NCBI GenBank assembly: GCA_905331295.1
Contig: CAJNYD010000056.1
Coordinates: forward strand, 301,255-321,254
Source of the DNA: Rotaria socialis
Lineage: Eukaryota
DNA: 20,000 bases
Direction of reading: 5' to 3'
Shown here: positions 11,235-20,000 of the stretch, in pieces
How the letters are laid out: every line of letters starts with the position of its first letter
Position numbering within the stretch: the stretch's first letter is position 1
Program-made: the position numbers and the translations under genes
Notes under the pieces: model-generated
What the model saw: only the letters and a program-made list of their open reading frames with translations
Databases searched by the model: none
What the model was told of the DNA's origin: nothing

Positions 11235-12540
11235 TCGTGCAATTCTATTTTGTTTTCTTTATTTTTATGTTATTTATAATCATGCATCTATTTATGTTTT
11301 ATATTTAAAATTTTTTTCATGTAGAATCTTGCGAATATGTGCTGAAAAAAAAACAATATAAAGAATATACATTAGATGATGTATGCGAAAATTTTATTTA
11401 ACTATATAAGAGAGTTTATGCTAGCTATTCTTAAATTGGAGTACCAAAAAAAATCAATATTTTCATCTCAAATTTTTTTTAAATAACTTAGGTTATTGCC
11501 TGTAAAATAATTAAATAATCATGTGATCTTGTCAGAATTCTGTAAAAAAAGCTTGTTAGTTTCCTTTGTATACGTTGTATTTGTGGTTATTTTATTTATC
11601 AAATAAAATCATGTACGGCAAAAAACATAAGTACATTGATGCATTTATTACCTTCGTTGTTTACTTATGTATGAGCCGGATTTTTATGCAGATTTTCTCG
11701 CATTTTGATGTGTTTATTCATAAAAACACTTCTAAGGAATCGTAGCGACCGATGTTTCGTAATCATTAAAATAGACCAGACGTAGCTCGAGAAGATGAAA
11801 GTAAATAGGTCGATCACATTTGATTGGAACTTACGACACATGCATTTGCAATTGGAAAAAAATGACCAAGGGAGAATATGCTCTTTTCAGTATTCAAAAC
11901 CTTTTCATACTTCATTTATCTCCTACTTTTTTCGTTCTCATATTCATGCATATTGCCCAAGAAAAAGAAAGAACCACTATAAATGCCAACATGATTTAAA
12001 AGGGTGTTATGCTATCAATTAAAATTTCGGTTTCCTACAGGCATATCTCTTATGAGAACAATCCTTCTATTTGCCATTACACCATATTCGTGCTTTTTCT
12101 AACGAACAAGCAATTATTGCGATTGATAACAAACCGATTCAACTCTTCTTGGAGCTAATATCCAATTTGTTTTTATCTCATGATACATTGTCATTGGTTT
12201 AGTTCTTTTGTTTACTCCATTTTCATGAGCATAACGTATTCTTTTCTCTAGTAACTATTTGCTTAAATAAGGGATATATATATATATAATGGTACTTTCA
12301 AATATAAGTACTTCACCAATTGTTTTCGGCAGCATTACCCCCATCGTTTCACACAAGACTCTACTTGCCAAATAACGAAGAAAACATGAGCACACACAGT
12401 CTACACGCACACGCACACATACACATTACAGCTGTCTCTTGTCTCATGAGCTTATTATTGAAAGCAATTATATATTCATTTGATATATTATAGGATAAGG
12501 ATACGCTAGATTCGCACAACAAACTAAATTCAACGTTCGC

Positions 12541-15500
12541 TCAAAAGCTTCCTGATAATGTATTTATTTGACCGGTGCTTGTTGCGTAGCTTACAGAATA
12601 AATATCGCCGCTAGTCGAGTGAGCTGTTCCGGACAAAGAAAGATCGGCTGCAAGTGTGAATGGACACTGAGATGTCGGAATTGTTTGTCCATTGATAATG
12701 CCATATGTATAAATTATTTGTGCGCCACTACTTACACGAGAATAAGTCATATATGAATTAATGGTAGTCCATATTCCACCAAATGAGGCACCAGTGGTTT
12801 TTTGCAGGGTAATTATACTGGTGATATTCGTGATAGGAGAAGAGCAGTCACATATTAAGTGTTCGCTGATAAACCATATAGTACTCCCCGCGGTCGATAC
12901 AGTGCAGTTAACACTTGGAGGCTATGAAGAGACAATAGTTGGAAGTGAATCATGAAATAGATTAGTCTTACAGCCGAGCTTGTTGTTGTAGTAGTTGTTG
13001 TTGTTGCTGTCGAAGTTGTTGTAGTTTCAGTCGAAGTTGTTGTAGTAGTTGTTGTTGTTACTGTTGAAGTTGTTGTCGTTGTCGTTGTCGTGTCCGTTGT
13101 CGTTGTTGTAGTTGTTGTATCAGTTGTTGCTGTTGTAGTTGTTGTTGTCGTATCAGTTGGCGTTGTTGTAGTTGTTGTAGCAGTTGTTGTTGTAGTGGTT
13201 GTTGCTGTAGTTGTTGTAGTTGTTGTAGTAGTCGTCGCTGTCGTTTCTGTTGTCGTTGTGGCTGTTGTCGCTGTTGTTGTGGTTATTGTTGTGCTTGTAC
13301 TTGTAGTTTTGGTCAAAACAGCGACAAGAATTGCAGCAATGGCTATGCCAATAAGAAGAGCAGCTATTATGGACAGAAATAAACATAGCGGTGAACAGTG
13401 GCAACAACAGGCCAAAAACATTCTGCATATAAAATCGAAAGATATATAAAGAAAAGAAGTTGAAAAATTTATACCCTCCTTTCCGCTGCCTATTTGAATT
13501 TTTACCATGTTTATTAGGCCAATCATTTCGATTCGATCTTAAATTTGTAATCTAGGACAATATTACATATAGCATGCGATGAAAACAATACAAACAGTAC
13601 TTACTATAGTATCTCTGTCTTTTCCTATACGAAACCAGCTACCACTAGAAGCATCCTATGGAAAATACCGATCATATTTATGTTCTATAAAATAGCACCG
13701 AATTCACCTGATAATTGGTCATTTTAGATGCTATGGAAAAACTAGTTTGGCTTGCTAAGAGTGATTCATCGTTGAGTTCGTAGCCATTATTTTCGGTTTT
13801 TCGTATCGAATAATTATGTAAGCTTGGGGATATCCTGTTTGAGCTGGATTTTTTCAATGTACCGTGACGTGTCTATAACGAATATATAGTACACTAATAC
13901 TAAGGTTTTTGGTATATTGACAGTCACTGTTATAGGGAGCTTGATTCAAACAAGAACCTATCAGGGTAGCTATATCTTATGTGTCTCACACAAGTGAAAT
14001 CATAAAATCAAATAATAATACACAAATCTATCATGTGAGAAGAAGTATAGCACAATATCCGGTTTATTCCAAAGTTTGACCTTGACTATCGTAAATGACT
14101 TACGTAAGTATACTATCATCATAGAAATCTGTATAACAATACTAGGGACAAGTATTATGAACATTTATTTTGCTTATACATCATATGTGATTGGGTGTTC
14201 ATGTATATGTCTATAGCAGCACACCTGTGAGTTTATAGTTAGTACTTTTTGAAAAATTTTAAAAATTGAAGAGAAGAATTCAAAATCCTGTGTGAATTAA
14301 CTATCAATTGTTCTGTGTCGCTTACTGCGTTATCATAACGGGTGTTCCAAAAAGAATGGCTACTTTTTCTTCTATGATTTTCCTACACATACTTTACTTG
14401 GGCGGCCTCTTTTTTTCCTTGTTATAATCGCTTCTCGACCCTCTCTAGAATGGAGGATTCACTTTTTGAAATCAATTTCAAAATAAAGTTTTTCAAGATG
14501 AAAAGTGAAGACCTTCGAAAGGTCGTACTTTTCAAGTATCAAAAAGGTGAATCTCCAACAAAAGCTTTTTAAGACTTGAACGGTTCTGTCAGTTACAGGA
14601 CCATTCGTCGGTGGCGCAGAATGGTGGGAGAGACAGGCTCTATCAGCCTGTCATACCCATCGGGTCGTCCACGCACTATTAGAACTAAAGCGATGATCCA
14701 AAAGGTGAAAAACCGAATAAAACGTAAAAATAATGTGTCAATCAGAAAACTTGCCAGTGAACTGGATATTTCTAATGGATCTGTTGTCAGAATCTTGAAA
14801 CAAGATCTAGGATATCGTTCATACAGAAAAAGAGTTAAATCAACTCTTACAGACTTCGATAAGTGCAAAACGAATGGCATTTACGAATTGGGTGCGGCAG
14901 AACTTGCGTAAGGAAGACAAATTAAGAATCCTCTTCTCCGATGAGAAGATGTTTGATTTTGATGGCATCTACAATGCTCAGAATGGTCGAATATGGGCAG
15001 TAGATCGCGATGAAGCCGATAAAAAAAGGTGGTGTCAAACAGAAACGAAAGTTTCCGCAGAAAGGAATGGTTTAGCTAGGAGCGTGCTCCAAAGGATTGA
15101 AACCATTGATCATTCTGGATAAAGGAACGGTGGATCATAAAAGATACATCAATGAAGTGTTGTTGGTGGCTTTAAAACATGGCGACGAAGTTTTTGGCGA
15201 TAATTGGGCCTTCCAACAAGATGACGCGAAGCCACATACACATACTGCGACGCAAGAATGGTATCAAAAGAATTCTCAATCTTTCATCGACAAAGACCAT
15301 TTCCACCCAAACTCACCCAATCTCAATCCTTTGGACTATTCAACCTGGGATGAGTTGGGTCAGCAAATCATCTGGACCAATGTTACATCGAACAAGACTC
15401 TGATCGATCAAAAAAAAAAGAAAGTGTAAAGCGAATAAGAGAGTCTGTTGTGTCGGAAAGTTGTAAAAGTTGGATCAAGCGTTTGTATCGCTTGTCCAAC

Positions 15501-17355
15501 AACAACGGAAACTATTTAAAATAAAACTTACATTGAGTTTTGTAGAGCTCGGCAAGGAGAATCTTTTAAAAACAAGATTAGTTTTCTAGCATGAAAGATA
15601 AGCGAGTTGGATCAAAAATACGAAGTGGTCATTCTTTTTGGAACACGCTATATTTGTCTACTAAACATTTTATTGACAGTTTCAAGTTTATACCTAAAGT
15701 ATACTATGTCAGTAGATGCATCTAACCTTTCCGATGAATGAATGATATTAAGAGTTATTTACACATTCTGAATAAGCTTAAGATCTAGTTAGACAATCTT
15801 ATACTTGTTCACCACTATACAGTTCCATGATATTGCCCAGCTTAGAAAAATTTAAGGGTTTGACTTTCCTAAATAGTACATACAATCAAGAGTACAAGAC
15901 TAGTTAAGATTTGGTTCCTCTGTATAGAAATCAACATTAATAATAAAATATTGTATTAGACTGACCGAATGCAACTTGGGTAGTCGAACCACAGGCTTAT
16001 TGTTGTCAATTGGGTGGCTGTTTCTTGAAGATCGAATTGTTACATGAATAACATTAGCAGCGCTTGTACTGGATCTCATTTGCAAACGGCTCTACAAATA
16101 TATATGAATGAAATAAAACGATCTGCACTCTAAAAAAAAAGAACTTTACCGAACCCCCCAAAAAGGTTCGGTAGATTTGAAAAAGCTTGAAAATGTGTTG
16201 AAAATTCAAAAAAAGAACAAGAAAATACACAGAACCTCTAAAGGATCTGATTGCGGGCACACGGTCAGATCCTTTAAAGGTTCTGTGTATTTTTTCTATT
16301 TTTTTTGAAACTTTGAACACATTTGCAAGCTTTTTCAAATCTACCGAAACTTTTTTTTTTGAAGTTCTGTACAGTTCCTTTTTTTTACAATGTGGTATGA
16401 TGAGAGTTGCGCTATTTTTACTTAGCAATCTCTAGTCGCTTTGGCCAAGGGGATAACTGTTTTTCGTCATTTCAATATTCATGTCTCACACCCAGAACTA
16501 GTTCTAGCTCTCTGTGGAGTAGAACTACTTGTTTATTGGTCATGTAACAAGGACAAGAAGTTTTTCAGCAACTAACTTGAGAGAAATGTTTATTTTTTGT
16601 GATATTTTTTTTAGAATGAATAAATAAAAGGAATTTTTATGTTCTACTTCTTTGGTGAATTAATATTTTGAAATCGATATACTCTTCAATTGTTCGAATG
16701 AGTCGTTATATTCGACTCCAATTTTTATAGTATTTATAATGTAAAAGTCTTTGTAGGTAAAGAAAATTGCAACTCTGAGCCTTGTACCAGTCAAAAGAAA
16801 ACTTCACTACTTTGTAACTTATATAATATGACCCTTTGTGTGCAAAAATTGCTCGACAAAATCATCAAAAAACAACTCTTGTTTGTCCTATTCTTCGTTT
16901 TTTTCAACCTTTCATATATAACTGAGAAAGAGTTGAAACCTTTTCAATGAGTGAAGCTCATTTCATTATCGATGTAAGGAAAAATGAAATGATATAACAT
17001 ATTTGTCACTATACGCACCTATCCCCTGTTATAGATTGGTTACCAATTACCTCAGGCATACAATGCTGCAAAATGTACTACTCTGAAATCAGCTAAAGTA
17101 TTGTTTAGCTTTTCATATGATTTCACCAAAAATTTTTAATTCAGTCATTGATAAATATGGAAGTAATCATGGAAAATAAACGAAGATACTAACTTTCTGA
17201 TCAAGTGATCGATGTCCACCCGAACGTGATACTCGTTGCACAAATGTTCGAAGAGATGGTTGTCGACCTGGCACATTGTGCATCACAAGAGATCTAGTGA
17301 TTGGTACTGACAAATGACCATCTTTATTTGTCTCGGTGTATGTTTGATCCATCAT
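12541..17355 (-). CDS. Type II single-pass membrane mucin-like protein with poly-Thr stalk and C-terminal beta-rich (putative carbohydrate-binding-like) domain, ~470 aa
   Basis: Exons 17355-17194, 16091-15966, 13872-13708, 13655-13605, 13551-13475, 13422-12972, 12921-12541 (1413 nt), all GT-AG and phase-consistent. Architecture: basic/Ser-rich N-terminal tail, MFLACCCHCSPLC, TM LFLSIIAALLIGIAIAAILVAVL, ~110 aa Thr-rich stalk, ~126 aa terminal domain ending GTAHSTSGDIYSVSYATSTGQINTLSGSF*. The five 3' exons are well supported; the two 5'-most exons are less certain. Confidence 0.75.
12975..13310 (-). repeat. Coding low-complexity ACN-triplet repeat (poly-Thr mucin stalk)
   Basis: The plus strand reads (GTT/GTA/GTC)n for ~335 bp and translates on the minus strand to Thr runs punctuated by A, D, S, E and P. 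Confidence 0.9.
14338..15650 (+). mobile_element. Full-length decayed Tc1/mariner DNA transposon, DD37D (maT) family, ~1.31 kb, inside intron 2 of the mucin-like gene (antisense to host)
   Basis: TIRs: ACGGGTGTTCCAAAAAGAATGGCTACTT (14338) and AAGTGGTCATTCTTTTTGGAACACGCTA (ending 15650). Flanked by TA at 14336-37 and 15651-52. Contains transposase remnants. Confidence 0.93.
14498..15524 (+). pseudogene. DD37D transposase pseudogene
   Basis: Reads MKSEDLRKVVLFKYQKGESPTKAF*DLNG...SGRPRTIRT...SIRKLASELDIS (HTH), then ILFSDEKMF, WAFQQDDAKPH and SPNLNPLDYSTW. There are 37 residues between the second and third catalytic Asp. In-frame TAA at 14570-72 and frameshifts near ~14870, ~15030 and ~15420. 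Confidence 0.9.
16126..16392. mobile_element. Foldback (near-palindromic) MITE, CACTA/EnSpm-like termini, 267 bp
   Basis: ~125-bp inverted arms (16126-16250 and 16265-16392) around a 14-nt loop TTGCGGGCACACGG. Termini are CACTCTAAAAAAA and TTTTTTTTACAATG, with TG on both flanks (16124-25 and 16393-94) as a possible 2-bp TSD. Confidence 0.8.
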
Positions 17356-18981
17356 CCTTCAAAGAGTGTTTTTGAATTGAAATGAAACAAGGGTTTTTTT
17401 TATATTTTATTTTCTACTTGCACAAAGGTAGAATAGATTAGAATTACCAATAAGTTTCTCATTAGGCAATATTCCATTTGAAACATTGTAAATACACAAG
17501 CTTGCGTGCATATTAATATGTCAGATATATAACAAAAAGGTTTCATGCAAATAGATAGAGCATAGAAATTAATTTCAACAGTGGAAAGTGTGAAGCTGTA
17601 GATGAAATTTCAATCACCATGTTGTTTTGTCGTTACCACGGAATGTATTGAATTGTTTAGATAGAACACATACTGTTCTCCTCAGTATTCGTTTCGTAAC
17701 CAAACGCTTTTATACCTCCGAGTCATAGTTCATAGCAAAGGATAGGAAAGATTTGCAGATTCGTTTTTTTTATTGATCTATAAGTTATGAACGAGAAAAT
17801 CAATGTGCACTGGTTCAACAGATTGATATTGGCACACTGACAGCTATTCAGTGTAAGTTTTATGCATTGTTAATGGTAAGGATTGTGTCCTTAAAATTCA
17901 ATATATTCATTTAGGGTGTCTCTGCGTAAATGATTAGATCTGTTCAATTGCATAACTCTAACAGACATGAATTATAAAATGAACTACTCTTTTCTTCAGT
18001 TAAACGTAGCGGGAATATGACAAGTCTTAACTACATGCCTAATTACACATATAGCCCTCACGCATAGTCTCCAAATCATCTTGAATCATGAGAGTTGTTA
18101 TAGTTTCAAAAACAAGAGAAGGCCAATGAATACAGCTGCTAATTTATCATATATTTCGATATGGACGTAACACACGGCTCATGATATTTTCCTACTGCTT
18201 TCCATTGTGTGTTTTTGAATAGCAATTTTTGTCTTTTGAAGGTTATCGATGACATGAAAAATTCATAGGATTGTTGATCCTACGTCATTCTATACTTTAA
18301 TAATAGATTGGTCAGAAATATATGAATAATGAATTTTTATATTGATTCTTCTTTAAGATTTCGATAGAGTCCATCACTTTTAAACGCTTGTGAACTAGAT
18401 ATATATCTTAGAAATGATCTAGGAAATAAAATTATACTTATGATGAAGTATAATGCTCAACGACAAATTTTTCTTATAATATTGCTTGGTATGCGAAAGC
18501 ATTGTTGACTTGCAACAAAAATATCCTGTGATAAATTTTGGACGGATACAGAGTGTAGGTGACAATGTGCCTAAGTATTTATGAGAGTCTATCTTTCTTC
18601 TATATTTAACATTGAATTCATTTAGCCGGCTTCGTAGAGAAGATCTGCAATATATTTATTGTCTGTATTATTATAAGGACAGCGAAGGTCACTGTTTGAC
18701 TTTTATTGCTGTTGGTTAATAGAATATTTTTCTCGTTCGAAATGAAATGAAAACTCAATCAATAAACTTTCTTCGTTCGAATATTATAGAACATTTACGG
18801 CAGAAGTGATTGTTTGTGAATTAGAGAACTGAAAAATCACTTTTTAGGGTTCTGAAACAATTTGTATTAATTTTCGGTACCCATTCTGCAGCAGTTGCAG
18901 AATGCCTACCCAGCAGAATTCAGAATTCTGTAAACTTATAATATTTTTCAACAAATCAATGCTTATGGAATAGAATTCTAC

Positions 18982-19354
18982 AGAATTCTATATTGCTAAG
19001 ATTAAAGTATATCAATTTGGCTCTTCATATGATATTAGAATTCTACTGTCACTTGTTTGATTTCTGGTTAGAATTCTATTGTAGCTTGTTTGAGTTCTGG
19101 TTAGAATTCTATATTCCTAAGATTATAGTATATCAATTTTGCTCTTTATATGATATTAGAATTCTACTGTAACTTGTTTGAATTCTGCTTAGAATTATAT
19201 TGTAGTTTGTTTGAATTCTGGTTAGAATTATATTGTAGCTGGGTTGAATTCTGCTCAGAATTCTATATTCCTAAGATTATAGTATATCAATTTGGCTCTT
19301 CGTATGATATTAGAATTCTACTGTAGCTTGTTTGAATTCTGCTTAGAATTCTAT
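18982..19354. repeat. Composite tandem repeat of 55-bp (A) and 33-bp (B) units in the order A-B-B-A-B-B-B-A-B
   Basis: Units start at 18982(A), 19037(B), 19070(B), 19103(A), 19158(B), 19191(B), 19224(B), 19257(A) and 19312(B). Each begins AGAATT(C/A)TA. A=AGAATTCTATATTCCTAAGATTATAGTATATCAATTTGGCTCTTCATATGATATT; B=AGAATTCTACTGTAGCTTGTTTGAATTCTGGTT. Confidence 0.92.
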
Positions 19355-20000
19355 AGAATGTTAGGGTAATGGAATATGTTTTGTGTAAACAAATGCGTTG
19401 GATATGTTGTTCGGTTGGGACAAATTCCTAGGATTAAAGTTGTGTTCGTAAAATTTATGGATAGAGGATAGATTTTATACGAAATGAAGCGAATCTAAAA
19501 CGTCTAGTTTAATTGAAAACATTGACACTTCTAATTTATTTCAAACTTACTGATGTCTCTGGTAAACGTGAAATTTATACACACCAATTTTCTGCGCGCG
19601 GATCTTCCTGCTTCAAAAGCAGACTGGCAGAACATAGTGTGTCAAATCAAAGGCAACTTTCCAAGTTATTGATAATATAAAAAACTGTTTGTATAACTGT
19701 TTAAGTGTTTTTGTAAGATAAGCTATATGCAGTCTTATTAAAAAGAAATGAATGAAATTACAAAGATACGAAACAACGTGTTCATTAAATAGCTTGTTTA
19801 ATTCTACAATCCTGACTTTAGCGTGTACAAAATATTTTATTCTCAATAATGCATGATATTGTTCCATGTTTGACATACATGCCAATGTAAATGTTTCTTC
19901 TTTTCTCTCGTTTCATGATGTAATCATGATCAACTATCTTCGATGTGTATCAATTTCTTCTCTAGATATGCATGATTAAAAAAAGAAATCTAGAGATGAA

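Noticed and set aside
13090..13449. Poly-Val ORF (+) and poly-Asn ORF (13153-13428, -)
   Set aside because: These are antisense and alternate-frame shadows of the poly-Thr exon; splice phases select the Thr frame.
14593..14880. 95-aa minus-strand ORF
   Set aside because: Antisense shadow of the transposase.
16054..16428. 124-aa minus-strand ORF
   Set aside because: It runs through the palindromic MITE, and its K/F-rich composition reflects A/T runs.
16400..17100. Extra exons of the mucin-like gene (e.g. ~16543-16422 and ~17065-17019, minus strand)
   Set aside because: Candidate segments contain stops or have incompatible phases. A 15-nt microexon (17065-17051) is possible but cannot be supported without transcripts.
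18982..19354. CRISPR-like appearance (palindromic repeat at regular spacing)
   Set aside because: The intervening sequences are repeated A/B units rather than unique spacers. There are no cas genes and the context is intron-rich eukaryotic DNA.
18971..19360. Heat-shock element array (GAA/TTC rich)
   Set aside because: Motifs are GAATTC with no spacer, whereas canonical HSEs need nGAAnnTTCn spacing.
19540..19970. 90-aa ORF 19613-19885 and nearby exon-like segments on the minus strand
   Set aside because: All frames are interrupted by stops and no family motif is recognisable; at most a decayed gene fragment.

Overview
AT-rich eukaryotic genomic DNA with many ~50-60 nt GT-AG introns; the style suggests a bdelloid rotifer (inference, not verified). 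The left half is a very compact five-gene cluster around a ~330 bp divergent promoter. On the minus strand, PHF10/BAF45a (9 coding exons) is followed by the 5' end of TEDC1. On the plus strand, TMEM107 is followed by a TMEM230/TMEM134-family gene and NHLRC2 (11 exons). Each downstream gene lies 144-360 bp after the previous stop and has a T-rich 3' splice acceptor 0-3 nt before its ATG, with a poly(A)-signal hexamer just upstream. This suggests two back-to-back operons resolved by spliced-leader trans-splicing. The NHLRC2 copy has lost the thioredoxin-like CCINC motif (now SDIQV). The right half holds a 7-exon minus-strand gene for a type II membrane protein: cytosolic tail, Cys cluster, TM anchor, poly-Thr stalk and a C-terminal beta-rich domain resembling bacterial carbohydrate-binding-like modules. 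Mobile DNA includes a decayed DD37D (maT) Tc1/mariner transposon, a hAT-type MITE, a CACTA-like foldback MITE and an 11-bp-periodic composite repeat. All exon models were assembled by eye, and family calls come from recalled protein motifs, not database searches.
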